A DNA stretch of 61,374 nt, filler included. It is 6 parts of 6 records of this genome, joined end to end, with 100 filler letters (N's around TTAATTAATTAA, not from the genome) between each part and the next. Parts side by side here need not be neighbours in the genome. Positions count along the whole stretch, not along the records: positions 12,482 to 28,090 come from SRR31156797_22515; positions 28,191 to 41,344 come from SRR31156797_22534; 4 more parts are not named here. One strand, given 5' to 3'. The position numbers and the translations under genes are program-made. The notes under the pieces were generated by a model. The model did no database searches and was not told where the DNA came from. It saw only the letters and a list, made by a program, of their open reading frames with translations. Positions 28,061 to 37,786 of this stretch are shown here, piece by piece. Position 1 is the stretch's first letter. The number at the start of each line of letters is the position of its first letter.

Positions 28061-28090
28061 CTGCTAAGACTGCTAAGACTGCTAAGACTG
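28061..28090. repeat. 9-bp tandem direct repeat (CTGCTAAGA, at least 3.3 copies, cut by the contig end)
   Basis: CTGCTAAGA at 28061, 28070 and 28079 plus CTG, directly upstream of the RBS of the KfrA-like gene. Confidence 0.9.
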
Positions 28091-28190
28091 NNNNNNNNNN
28101 NNNNNNNNNNNNNNNNNNNNNNNNNNNNNNNNNNTTAATTAATTAANNNNNNNNNNNNNNNNNNNNNNNNNNNNNNNNNNNNNNNNNNNN
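28091..28190. other. Artificial contig spacer
   Basis: N44-TTAATTAATTAA-N44. Confidence 0.98.
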
Positions 28191-28317
28191 AAATCATCGC
28201 AAAAGATAAACAGGCTCTAAGCAACATGAAATTTTTATGACATCTAAAGCACGCGCATTGACGCGTGTTTTTTTATAATTATGATATTCACATATCCATA
28301 TATGTTGGAGGTAAGCA

Positions 28318-28653
28318 GTGTTACCGCATCAGTTTTTTAAATTATTGTCCGATGAGACTCGCTTCAGGTGCCTAGTACTTATTGCACGTGAGAAAAGGCT
28401 ATGTGTTTGTGAGCTTACTCATGCACTACAAGAAAGCCAACCTAAGGTCTCTCGTCACTTAGCGCAGTTACGCCAGTCAGGTGTGTTGGTGGATGAGCGC
28501 CAAGGGCAATGGGTTTATTACAGTATTTCCGACCAACTTCCGGGGTGGTTGAACAAAGTTATTGATGGGTTAAAGCAGTCTAATTGTTTGCAACAGCAAT
28601 ACAGTGTTGATACCGAACGTTTGAGCGACATGGTAGATCGCCCGTGTTGTTAG
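28318..28653 (+). CDS. arsR: ArsR family repressor
   Basis: FKLLSDETR, LCVCEL arsenite-binding motif, SQPKVSRHLAQLR, RQGQWVYY. Confidence 0.93.
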   Translation: MLPHQFFKLLSDETRFRCLVLIAREKRLCVCELTHALQESQPKVSRHLAQLRQSGVLVDERQGQWVYYSISDQLPGWLNKVIDGLKQSNCLQQQYSVDTERLSDMVDRPCC

Positions 28654-28686
28654 GCTGTCGGTAGTTAGAAAATTATGGAGAATACA

Positions 28687-29691
28687 ATGACGATTAAAGT
28701 TGGGATTAACGGTTTTGGCCGTATTGGACGTTTGGCTATGCGCGCAGCATTTGACTGGCCTGAGCTAGAGTTTGTGCAAATTAATGACGTTGCTGGTGAT
28801 ACTGCAACATTGGCACATTTATTAGAGTTCGATTCTATTCAGGGACGCTGGCATCACGAAGTCACCGCTGACGCGAATGAAATGGTGATTGATGGTAAAC
28901 GAATTACGACTACCCAAGAACGCGATATTGCCGCTATTGATTGGTCGGGCTGTGATGTCGTGATTGAAGCGACCGGTGTTCACCGTAAGACAAAATTCCT
29001 CAATCAATACTTAGAACAGGGTGTGAAGCGTGTTGTTGTGTCAGCACCCGTTAAGGAAGAAGGCATTGCGAACATCGTTGTAGGTGTGAATGATGAGATC
29101 TTCGACCCAGCGCTACACCGAATCGTGACAGCCGCTTCATGTACCACAAACTGTATCGCGCCAGTGGTAAAAGTCATCCATGAAAAGTTAGGTATTGAGC
29201 AGTCTTCATTTACCACTATTCATGATTTAACCAATACCCAAACGATTCTAGATGCGCCTCATAAAGATTTGCGTCGCGCACGTGCTTGCGGCATGAGCTT
29301 AATTCCAACCACAACGGGTAGCGCAACAGCAATCGTAGAAATCTTCCCAGAGTTAGCAGGCAAAATTAATGGCCACGCTGTCCGCGTGCCGTTAGCGAAC
29401 GCATCTTTGACCGATATTATCTTTGACGTAAAACGTGACACCACAGCGGAAGAGGTTAATGCCTTACTGAAAGAAGCTTCAGAGGGTGAATTGAAAGGGA
29501 TTCTTGGTTTCGAAGAGAAGCCATTAGTGTCTATCGATTACCGTGGCGATCAGCGTTCAACGATTGTCGATGCTATGTCAACGATGGTTGTGGGTACACG
29601 TATGGTGAAAATTTACGCCTGGTACGACAATGAAATGGGTTATGCCACTCGTACTGCTGAGTTGGTTCGTAAAGTAGGGGAGGCACAATAA
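28687..29691 (+). CDS. ArsJ-associated glyceraldehyde-3-phosphate dehydrogenase
   Basis: [23 protein letters not shown]; located in an ars operon with arsJ. ATG 28687 chosen from the GGAG RBS. Confidence 0.93.
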   Translation: MTIKVGINGFGRIGRLAMRAAFDWPELEFVQINDVAGDTATLAHLLEFDSIQGRWHHEVTADANEMVIDGKRITTTQERDIAAIDWSGCDVVIEATGVHRKTKFLNQYLEQGVKRVVVSAPVKEEGIANIVVGVNDEIFDPALHRIVTAASCTTNCIAPVVKVIHEKLGIEQSSFTTIHDLTNTQTILDAPHKDLRRARACGMSLIPTTTGSATAIVEIFPELAGKINGHAVRVPLANASLTDIIFDVKRDTTAEEVNALLKEASEGELKGILGFEEKPLVSIDYRGDQRSTIVDAMSTMVVGTRMVKIYAWYDNEMGYATRTAELVRKVGEAQ

Positions 29692-30194
29692 TGGTTCATC
29701 CAACTTGGGAACTGCCGGTAGAAGCGGCATCACTCGTCTTAACACCATGCCCGGGTACTAAGGATCTTGGGCTGGAAGAAAGTATTGAGCAGTTAAAACA
29801 GAGTGGTGTTAAGGCGATTGTGACCGCGTTAACCACAGAAGAAATGCAAAGCAAAAACGTTGAGGCATTAGGCTCTCTGGCACAAGCGCAAGGTATGTTG
29901 TGGGTTCACTTACCCATTGAAGACGACAGCGTGCCTGATCAGCAATTCACGCAACACTGGCCATCAGTCAGCGTTCAACTGCAGGACTTGTTAAAACAAG
30001 GCCATAAAGTGGCACTTCATTGTATGGGTGGCTCTGGTCGTACAGGGTTATTAGCCGGACACCTGCTACTCGATATGGATTGGACTTTAGAGACGATTAT
30101 TTCTCAAGTTCAGGCGTTACGCCCAGGTGCTTTTACTAAGCCTGATCAGTGTGACTACATTGCTCAAGTTGCTCTTGCAGCAAACTCTAAGTAA
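29691..30194 (+). CDS. Cys-based (PTP/dual-specificity) phosphatase
   Basis: HCMGGSGRTG (CX5R) motif; coupled to gapdh by a TAATG overlap. Confidence 0.9.
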   Translation: MVHPTWELPVEAASLVLTPCPGTKDLGLEESIEQLKQSGVKAIVTALTTEEMQSKNVEALGSLAQAQGMLWVHLPIEDDSVPDQQFTQHWPSVSVQLQDLLKQGHKVALHCMGGSGRTGLLAGHLLLDMDWTLETIISQVQALRPGAFTKPDQCDYIAQVALAANSK

Positions 30195-30248
30195 GTTCAT
30201 ATAGCTTTGGGATCATGATGATCCCAAAGCCTAATTTGGATCTTTAAT

Positions 30249-31484
30249 ATGTTCAAAGCCTTTGCAAATCTAGACGCTTCGATCCGCCAATATATGTTGG
30301 TGACTTTCAATTACTGGAACTTCACTTTAACAGATGGCGCATTGAGAATGCTGGTGGTTCTGTATTTCCATCAATTGGGCTACGGTACTCTCGCAATTGC
30401 TTCTTTGTTTTTGTTTTATGAGTTCTTTGGTGTGGTTACTAACTTGGTCGGTGGTTGGTTAGGGGCAAGGCTGGGTCTCAATAGAACGATGAACATTGGC
30501 TTAGCCATGCAGATAGTCGCGCTCGCAATGCTCGCCGTTCCTAATCCTTGGTTGACGATTCCTTGGGTAATGGCCGCACAAGCCTTGTCTGGTATTGCTA
30601 AAGATTTGAATAAGATGAGTGCGAAAAGTGCGATCAAGACACTGGTTCCTGATGAACAACAAGGAGCTTTGTATCACTGGATTGCACTTCTAACTGGCTC
30701 TAAAAATGCGCTTAAAGGTATCGGCTTCTTCATTGGTGGTTTATTACTGACAGCGATTGGCTTTAAAGGGGCTGTGCTGATTATGGCTGGTGTGTTAACG
30801 CTGGTATTAATCGGTAGCTTGATGGGGCTGAAACAGGATTTAGGCAAAGCGAAAAGTAAGCCTAAATTCTCAGAGATTTTTTCTAAATCGCCAGCTATCA
30901 ATATTCTGTCTGCTGCTCGAATGTTCCTATTTGGCGCGCGTGACGTTTGGTTTGTTGTCGCGCTTCCGGTCTATTTAGGCACGGTGTTTGGTTGGGATCA
31001 TTTATGGGTGGGTGGCTTTTTAGCATTGTGGGTCATTGGCTATGGCATTGTTCAAAGTCAGGCGCCTAAGATTACTGGTAAGGCTCAAGGCAGGGTTCCT
31101 GATGGTCATGCAGCATTCCGATGGGCAATCGGGCTGAGTGTTGTAACTGCAGCGGTTGCCATTGGTGTCAGCCAAAACTGGCATCCACAGTGGGTCATTA
31201 CCATCGGCTTAATGCTATTCGGTGCTGTGTTTGCGGTGAACTCTTCTTTGCACTCGTACTTAATTGTGAGTTATGCCAAAGGCGACGGTGTGTCTCTTGA
31301 TGTTGGTTTCTATTACATGGCCAATGCAATGGGACGTCTGATCGGTACGATATTATCGGGTTATTTGTTTCAGGTTGGTGGTTTGGCGGTATGCCTTTGG
31401 GTCTCTCTCGCCTTCTTGGTGCTGACCAGCATTATCTCTTTGTGGTTACCTAAAGTTCCACAGCAATCTCAAGCCCTCTCATGA
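30249..31484 (+). CDS. arsJ: Organoarsenical efflux MFS transporter ArsJ
   Basis: YWNFTLTDGALRMLVVLYFH, SGIAKDLNKMSAKSAIK, ARMFLFGARDVWFVVALPVYL, DVGFYYMANAMGRL. Confidence 0.95.
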   Translation: MFKAFANLDASIRQYMLVTFNYWNFTLTDGALRMLVVLYFHQLGYGTLAIASLFLFYEFFGVVTNLVGGWLGARLGLNRTMNIGLAMQIVALAMLAVPNPWLTIPWVMAAQALSGIAKDLNKMSAKSAIKTLVPDEQQGALYHWIALLTGSKNALKGIGFFIGGLLLTAIGFKGAVLIMAGVLTLVLIGSLMGLKQDLGKAKSKPKFSEIFSKSPAINILSAARMFLFGARDVWFVVALPVYLGTVFGWDHLWVGGFLALWVIGYGIVQSQAPKITGKAQGRVPDGHAAFRWAIGLSVVTAAVAIGVSQNWHPQWVITIGLMLFGAVFAVNSSLHSYLIVSYAKGDGVSLDVGFYYMANAMGRLIGTILSGYLFQVGGLAVCLWVSLAFLVLTSIISLWLPKVPQQSQALS

Positions 31485-31495
31485 GGGCTTTTTTG
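31471..31495 (+). terminator. Intrinsic terminator of the ars operon
   Basis: AAGCCCTC-TCAT-GAGGGCTT followed by a T-run. Confidence 0.85.
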
Positions 31496-31653
31496 TCTCT
31501 GTCGTTTCTTAATTCGGTTGCATCAAGGCTTTATCTCTCTGACCAAAGCCTTAACTCATTCCTTGCTAATTCCTTTCGATTAACCTTAACTGATGACTGA
31601 CGGTTTCTTTACACAAAAGGGATATTTCACCTTATAGTAGAAGCAGTTAACCA

Positions 31654-32685
31654 ATGGAGAGCGAAGTAATGACGACCAAGCGGGTAATGTTTTTTGATTT
31701 GATGCGCTGCGTTGCTGCTGTGGCTGTTATTGCAATACATGTCTTAGCACCTTACCGACATGAACTAGGAAACATCCCATATGGAGAGTGGCTGACAGCG
31801 GTCACCGTAAATGGGATGACACGCTGGGCCGTACCGGTTTTTATCCTGATCTCAGGGGCTCTGATGCTTAGTGATACTCGACCTTTTGATTTCGGCTACT
31901 ATCTAAAAAGACGGCTGGGCAAGGTTTTACTGCCTTTCATTGTGTGGTCGCTGTTCTATGCTTATTTTTCTGGATGGAGCGCGCAAGGCTTTGATAGCAG
32001 TGTGGCGAAGAGTGTTCTTGAGAACGGTCTGCACCATGCCACGTATTATCATCTTGGGTTTTTCTACTATTTCATTCCACTTTATTTTGTCATCCCTGTT
32101 TTACAGTGGTTGATGAAAAGAACGGATGATACCGCGTGGTATGTGTTTGTCTCTCTGTGGCTGATAACCACAACACTGTTCTTATTGAGAATGGATGGCC
32201 CTTGGAGTTATGAAATTTGGCTGTATACCGGGTATCTACCACTGGGTTACTTACTTTATAAGAAGCTACCTATTAACCCTTTGACAGTATCACTTGCGGT
32301 TGTACTAGGCGGTATCTCATTCTATTTCACCGTCAGTTCCGTGGTTGAGCTGAGTATGGCGCAGGGGGAGTATACGGTAGGACGCTGGTTCTCCTATAAA
32401 ACCCTGAATGTGGTTATAGCAGCGAGTATGGTCTTTATTTTATGCCGAGCTGTAGGGGAGTCACTCTCAAGCGGTGCAAGCAAAATGGTTAGCCTGATAA
32501 GCCAGAACAGTTTAGGGATTTACCTGTTGCACCCGATTTTCCTCTGGCCGATGAAAGAGTTTGGATGGTATCAAGGCCATCCAGCCTGGGTGATACCGTT
32601 ATGGATAGTGATTAGCGGTGCAGGAGCCTTGATGGTAAGTTGGCTGCTTTCGCGTTCGACCAAGACAAGGTGGCTATTGCCTTAG
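31654..32685 (+). CDS. Acyltransferase family 3 membrane protein
   Basis: FFDLMRCVAAVAVIAIH, RWAVPVFILISGAL, SLGIYLLHP; multiple TM helices. Confidence 0.9.
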   Translation: MESEVMTTKRVMFFDLMRCVAAVAVIAIHVLAPYRHELGNIPYGEWLTAVTVNGMTRWAVPVFILISGALMLSDTRPFDFGYYLKRRLGKVLLPFIVWSLFYAYFSGWSAQGFDSSVAKSVLENGLHHATYYHLGFFYYFIPLYFVIPVLQWLMKRTDDTAWYVFVSLWLITTTLFLLRMDGPWSYEIWLYTGYLPLGYLLYKKLPINPLTVSLAVVLGGISFYFTVSSVVELSMAQGEYTVGRWFSYKTLNVVIAASMVFILCRAVGESLSSGASKMVSLISQNSLGIYLLHPIFLWPMKEFGWYQGHPAWVIPLWIVISGAGALMVSWLLSRSTKTRWLLP

Positions 32686-33017
32686 CGTTCAAGAGCAAAA
32701 TGGATAAATTGAGCACCTTGATAAGTGAGTACGCCTTTATCTCCGGGATTGAGAGCATGGAAATAGTGAACACCCACTTGAAACTCGCGTTTTGGTCCGA
32801 TACGACCTTTTTGTACGTAGATCCAAAATTCCTGGTCATCTTGCCCAGGAAGAGGATTAGTTACAGGGATAGACTGCTTATCTAAGATAGTGACATGCGC
32901 TTGTTTTTCTGGGGCGTTTTTACCGTGAATATGTTTTTGGTAAAAATAGATGAAGAGTGTTGCAGCAGCTGCTAGCAACAAGAGTAGAGACAAAATCAAA
33001 GGGATATGCATGGTCAA
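32682..33017 (-). CDS. DUF2500-like membrane-anchored protein
   Basis: N-terminal TM helix; FHALNPGDKGVLTYQG..FIHF tail. Confidence 0.75.
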   Translation of the reverse strand: MTMHIPLILSLLLLLAAAATLFIYFYQKHIHGKNAPEKQAHVTILDKQSIPVTNPLPGQDDQEFWIYVQKGRIGPKREFQVGVHYFHALNPGDKGVLTYQGAQFIHFALER

Positions 33018-33259
33018 CTCCTTATATGAACAGCTCTCTATTTTACTTAATGGTTTGATTTGCCGAGATGTTTCACATTATAAAATTGAGTTAGAGCATA
33101 CACTTACTTGAGTTTTTAGGCGAGCTTCACATTGTTATTTGTGTTAATAGCCCCAGTTTTGCCGCTAGCGCTATTTTGAGCTTAAATTTTTATCGAGTAG
33201 TGATTTTTATCTTCACTTTCTAACTGGAAAGAGATTTTACTTAGGTAGAGAGGATTTTC

Positions 33260-33634
33260 GTGTCAGATATAGAGCAAGTTGTTGTTCGTACCCGTAAAAT
33301 TGAACGGTTACTGAGGGAGCAGTATCACGCCCATGGAAAGGGGTTGCACCAGCTGATAAGTAGTTGTGAAGAGCGCCTCCCGCATGATGTCATTTCTAAG
33401 TTGCGTTTTATTGCTACGATTCGAAATAAGGTTGTTCATGAGGATCGTTATAAATTAGAAGATAGAAAAGCATTTTTGGCTGTGTGCAATGAGTGCGAGA
33501 AAGAACTGACGCCTCGCAGCACTCGGTTTGTTTGGCGAATTGTTTTTTCGCTGGTTTCTCTGATGACGTTGATAGCGATGATGTTTTATTACATATACTG
33601 GGAAGAGTTATCTGAGCATATCAATAGGCTGTGA
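33260..33634 (+). CDS. DUF4145-like (HEPN-related) protein with C-terminal TM helix
   Basis: IRNKVVH R-x4-H motif; hydrophobic C-terminus. Confidence 0.7.
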   Translation: MSDIEQVVVRTRKIERLLREQYHAHGKGLHQLISSCEERLPHDVISKLRFIATIRNKVVHEDRYKLEDRKAFLAVCNECEKELTPRSTRFVWRIVFSLVSLMTLIAMMFYYIYWEELSEHINRL

Positions 33635-33644
33635 TTTTCGAGCA

Positions 33645-33677
33645 ATAAAAAAGGACGCTAACGCGTCCTTTTTTATT
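33645..33677. terminator. Bidirectional terminator
   Basis: ATAAAAAAGGACGC-TAAC-GCGTCCTTTTTTAT between convergent ORFs. Confidence 0.85.
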
Positions 33678-33691
33678 TTAATAACAGTAGG

Positions 33692-33772
33692 TTAGTACAT
33701 CATTGGCAGTGTCATTAAACCAACGATAACTGCGATCATTACTAATCCCTGCTTTTGAGATGAAGAAATCAT
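33692..33772 (-). CDS. 26-aa single-TM small protein (below the ORF-track cutoff)
   Basis: MISSSQKQGLVMIAVIVGLMTLPMMY* with an AAGGAG RBS 7 nt upstream and a terminator directly downstream. Confidence 0.65.
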   Translation of the reverse strand: MISSSQKQGLVMIAVIVGLMTLPMMY

Positions 33773-34515
33773 AACACTGCTCCTTTTGAGTGATTCACCA
33801 TGTGCAAATAGAATAACATGGTTTTTGCGGCTTTATCAACTAGATCTTTTTAAATCTTTAAAAGTTTATGTTTTAGGTGGTGATATTGCACTTAAATGGT
33901 CCATGTTAAGTGTTGTTTTGGTGCGGTTACAAAGTGTTCTTATTGTTTGATGTGTGATTGATTTGTATTTAAGTGGTTGTTTTTAATTTAATTTAAATGG
34001 GCTATTTTATGTTCTGTTTTGGGTTTGTTGTGGTTTTGAGGGTTAGTGGGGTAAGCCGGATTTTTGAGTGCATAACATAGTGTCTTTGGGTTTCTTTGTT
34101 ACCTTGTTGATATTTATTCCTGTTTGATGGCTTGTTGTTTCGTTGTAACGAGTGGTAAATTTGTTTTTATTTCTCAGTGTTTTTAGGTGGTGCTGTCGCT
34201 TGTTATTTTTAGTTATAGTATTAACCTTATGTTTTTGATTTAGTTTTATTTGATATTTTTATTTTTAACGCTTAGTTTCTGTATCTTGAATTAGATGTTT
34301 TTGTGATTTTTGGCGGTATCAGGGTTCAATGCTGGTGGGGTGGGGTATAGTCAGACTTTTTATTGGAAGTAAGGCAATGCTCGATTTTTAAGCCGCAGAG
34401 TTAGGATTGATGAGGGATGAATGAATCGTAATCAAGATCCAATTTTTGCCTTTCATTTCTGGACATCCGATCTAACAACTCTACACTGGCGGCAGATTGT
34501 AAATGAGGTATAAGC

Positions 34516-35139
34516 ATGTGGGGCTGGGTTTCTGCTGTAATATTTGGATTTATCAGCGTATCGGCATTTGAACGTGAAAAACTAAAGCAAGCGGTGGTGT
34601 TCAATTCGCTCTTCATACTACTGTTAGCGTTTATCGTAATTAATCAGCAGCAAGGGTTATCTGCGGCTTCGCTATGGGTTATTGCTGGTTTAGGTATTTC
34701 TTTTATCGCGGACTTTTTACGTATACAGCATAAGCAGTCAAAACTTTGCTTTACGGCGTTTCTGGTTGTCCAACTCATATACAGTAAAGCTTTCTGGATG
34801 CAGTTATCAGGCGCAATGGTTTGGTGGTTGCCTGCTCTATTAATAGCAGCCAGTATCGTCGCTTTTTTCCTCCTGTTACCTCAGATTGATACCTTAATCT
34901 TTCCTGTCACCGTAATGGGTATGATGTTGATACAAATGACATGGGCCTCAGGTGAAGTTTGGCTTAATCACCCAACCTCAGCTTCGCTGATGGGGTTTGT
35001 GGGGTGCATTTTCTTCATGGTGTCTGCTATTTTTCTTGCCATACATGATTTTCGTCAGCCGCTCAGGTTCGGGCATAGCTTTATCGGTGGAAGTTACTTG
35101 CTAGCGCAAACCTTTATTGTGGCTTCGGTTGTGCTGTAA
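34516..35139 (+). CDS. YhhN-like (lysoplasmalogenase family) membrane protein
   Basis: Multi-TM protein with GLGISFIADF and SYLLAQTFIV segments. Confidence 0.75.
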   Translation: MWGWVSAVIFGFISVSAFEREKLKQAVVFNSLFILLLAFIVINQQQGLSAASLWVIAGLGISFIADFLRIQHKQSKLCFTAFLVVQLIYSKAFWMQLSGAMVWWLPALLIAASIVAFFLLLPQIDTLIFPVTVMGMMLIQMTWASGEVWLNHPTSASLMGFVGCIFFMVSAIFLAIHDFRQPLRFGHSFIGGSYLLAQTFIVASVVL

Positions 35140-35212
35140 TTCTGTTTAACATCAATACAGCTCTTTACCAGTATGATTAAAGTGTGAGTTAAACCTAAGA
35201 GGGCAGAAGCTC

Positions 35213-35449
35213 ATGCAACAGCAAGTTCATGCACACAAAATTTTAAACCAACTTAGATCTCAGCCGATGACAGAAACACAGATTCGTCACTTTGTGTCTA
35301 CTGAATTTGGTGATCAAGTGCTATTCCACACCTGCAAGTTATCGGGAATGGGATTAGATGAGTTACTAAACTTTTTTCAACAGCAGAGAAAAATCATCAT
35401 CCAAGAGGGTGTTTGGCATATCAATGAACAAGAGATCTGTCAGCATTAA
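35213..35449 (+). CDS. YecH family metal-binding protein
   Basis: VHAHKIL...FG...FHTCK...C-terminal ICQH. Confidence 0.85.
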   Translation: MQQQVHAHKILNQLRSQPMTETQIRHFVSTEFGDQVLFHTCKLSGMGLDELLNFFQQQRKIIIQEGVWHINEQEICQH

Positions 35450-35566
35450 ACTCTAAGCTTCGCCTACAAGAGATGTAGGTAGATAACCTCTCCTATTGGC
35501 TGGTAATCGTAAATTACTTAGTGCGTTGATATACTCACTCTCAATGCTTATTTCTATTGAGACGTT

Positions 35567-36154
35567 ATGGATATTTTATCAGCCGCAACCATGTTATTCC
35601 TGATTATGGATCCACTAGGAAACCTTCCTATTGTATTGTCGATCCTTAAACATATAGACCCCAAACGTCGGCGTGTTGTTCTAATACGAGAGCTACTTTT
35701 TGCTTTGCTTATCTTGATGCTGTTCCTGTTTGCAGGGCAGTCGATTATGGATTTCTTGCATGTTCAGCCCGAGACGTTAAGCATCTCTGGCGGTATTATC
35801 TTGTTCATTATTGCGATTAAGATGATCTTCCCAAGCGCCGGTAGCATTACAGGGTTAGCGGCTGGTGAAGAGCCTTTCATTGTCCCATTGGCAACCCCTC
35901 TGATTGCGGGGCCTACGGTCATCGCGACTCTGTTGCTTCTTTCGAGCCAAAATCCTTCTCAGTTGCTTGAGCTGTCGGCGGCTGTGATGCTGGCCTGGGG
36001 CGGCACATTTATCATTCTGCTATTTAACGGGTTCTTCCATAAGATTCTTGGCGAACGTGGCTTGAAGGCGATTGAGAGGTTAATGGGGCTATTGCTGGTT
36101 ATGATCTCTACCCAGATGTTCCTTGATGGTATAAAAGCTTACGTAGGGCTTTAG
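35567..36154 (+). CDS. MarC/YhgN family membrane protein
   Basis: LFLIMDPLGNLP, EEPFIVPLATPLIAGP, ERLMGLLL. Confidence 0.92.
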   Translation: MDILSAATMLFLIMDPLGNLPIVLSILKHIDPKRRRVVLIRELLFALLILMLFLFAGQSIMDFLHVQPETLSISGGIILFIIAIKMIFPSAGSITGLAAGEEPFIVPLATPLIAGPTVIATLLLLSSQNPSQLLELSAAVMLAWGGTFIILLFNGFFHKILGERGLKAIERLMGLLLVMISTQMFLDGIKAYVGL

Positions 36155-36280
36155 AGCGACTTGCAGTGAATGAAAACTAGGTGAAGACCTGGGTCTTTTT
36201 GTTTTGGAACGCTGAATTGGCTTTCCGCAGATAAAAAATAAACCCCTGTATTTAGACAGGGGTTTAATGAGGAAAGGGGT

Positions 36281-37387
36281 TTACTTACGCTCAAGCAGTA
36301 CGCCTGCTTCCATGTGGTGCGTAAATGGGAACTGGTCAAACAGAGCAAAGCGAGTCACTTTGTGGGTTTGACACAGTACATCTAAGTTCTCTTTAAGAGT
36401 TTCAGGGTTGCATGAGATATAAAGAATACGCTCATAGCCCTGAACCATCTTACAGGTATCGATATCCATACCTGAACGAGGTGGATCGACGAAAATAGTG
36501 TTGCAGTTATAACTTTTCAGATCGATGCCTGCATCTTTCAAGCGATTAAACTCGCGTTTGCCTTCCATCGCTTCCGTAAATTCTTCAGCAGACATACGGA
36601 TGATTTGAACGTTATCAATCTTATTTGCTGCAATATTGAATTGAGCTGAATGCACAGAAGGCTTAGCAAGTTCAGTAGCAAGTACGCGCTCAAAGTTTTG
36701 AGCCAGTGCCAGTGAGAAGTTGCCGTTGCCACAATACAGCTCAAGCAAATCACCTTGGCTATCCTGAGTGCAGTCTACGGCCCACTCCAACATCTTCTCA
36801 GCAACTTTGCCGTTTGGCTGCGTAAAGCTGTTTTCTACTTGTTGGTAGATGTACGGCTGACCATTAACGTTGAGTTTTTCGATAACGTAGTCTTGATCCA
36901 GTACGATTTTCATCTTACGCGCACGGCCAATCAGGTTTAAGTTGAAACCTTCATTCTGTAGACGCTGTTTTAACTTCTTCGCTTCTTCTATCCACTCATC
37001 ATCAAGTTGACGGTGATATAAAAGCGAAACCAGTACTTCGCCGCTTAAAGTAGATAAAAAGTCGACTTGGAAAAGCTTACGACGTAGCGTGTCGTTATCT
37101 TTCATCGCTTCAATGATTAGCGGCATTAAATCGTTGATTAAACGGCTTGCTGCAGGGAACTGATCAACGCGGTATTTTTCACGAGTTTGCTGGTTGAACA
37201 TGATGTAGTACATATCATCACCTTCATGCCAAATTCTAAACTCTGCGCGCATTCGGTAATACTGGGCAGGAGACTCAAAGACCTCCAACGCAGGCACACC
37301 GTATGATTCGAACATATCTCCTAGTCGAGAGATTTTCTCATCCAGTTGTGCTTGGTAGTTGTCTGGGTTTACATCAAGAGTCGCCAT
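36281..37387 (-). CDS. trmA: tRNA (uracil-5-)-methyltransferase
   Basis: [59 protein letters not shown]. Likely start ATG 37387 (MATLDV). Confidence 0.97.
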   Translation of the reverse strand: MATLDVNPDNYQAQLDEKISRLGDMFESYGVPALEVFESPAQYYRMRAEFRIWHEGDDMYYIMFNQQTREKYRVDQFPAASRLINDLMPLIIEAMKDNDTLRRKLFQVDFLSTLSGEVLVSLLYHRQLDDEWIEEAKKLKQRLQNEGFNLNLIGRARKMKIVLDQDYVIEKLNVNGQPYIYQQVENSFTQPNGKVAEKMLEWAVDCTQDSQGDLLELYCGNGNFSLALAQNFERVLATELAKPSVHSAQFNIAANKIDNVQIIRMSAEEFTEAMEGKREFNRLKDAGIDLKSYNCNTIFVDPPRSGMDIDTCKMVQGYERILYISCNPETLKENLDVLCQTHKVTRFALFDQFPFTHHMEAGVLLERK

Positions 37388-37549
37388 TGCGTTACCTTTT
37401 GCTGGTCGGTTCAAATAAAGAGCGCAGATTTTATTCAATCTCCCGCTTATGTCCAGTCCTGTTCTAAAATAGATGTCTTGTCGCACGTAAAAACTATAGC
37501 TTAAATCAATCAATGCTAGACAAGTTATCGTTTGCTCAATACTATCAAC

Positions 37550-37726
37550 GGCAAGCTGGTGTTGTTTAGCAGTCTAGGTGGCTAAACAGACTAAAAGGGA
37601 ATCTGGTGAGAATCCAGAACTGACGCGCAGCGGTAAGAGAGAACGAACGCTCAAATGACACTACATATATGTGGGAAGTCGAGCTAGTAGGCTAACAGCT
37701 CTCAAGTCCGAAGACCTGCCAGCAGC
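37550..37726 (+). ncRNA. Cobalamin riboswitch
   Basis: AAAAGGGAATCTGGTGAGAATCCAGAACTGACGCGCAGCGGT...GGGAAG...AAGTCCGAAGACCTGCC (B12 box), upstream of btuB. Confidence 0.93.
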
Positions 37727-37786
37727 CGAGCAAACTCATGGGATGGACCCATGCTCGGTAGGATTAACGCGATTTAGGACAAAATA

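Larger units (their letters stand above)
14193..28090. mobile_element. Integrative mobilisable genomic island (right end not in contig)
   Basis: P4-type integrase at the left edge, umuDC, MOBV-like relaxase, KfrA-like gene, defence-like cargo; no attC sites recognised within it. Confidence 0.75.

Noticed and set aside
28061-28090. 9-bp repeat as a CRISPR or telomere-like end
   Set aside because: No spacers; it lies at an assembly break, and a promoter-proximal operator or VNTR is the simpler explanation.
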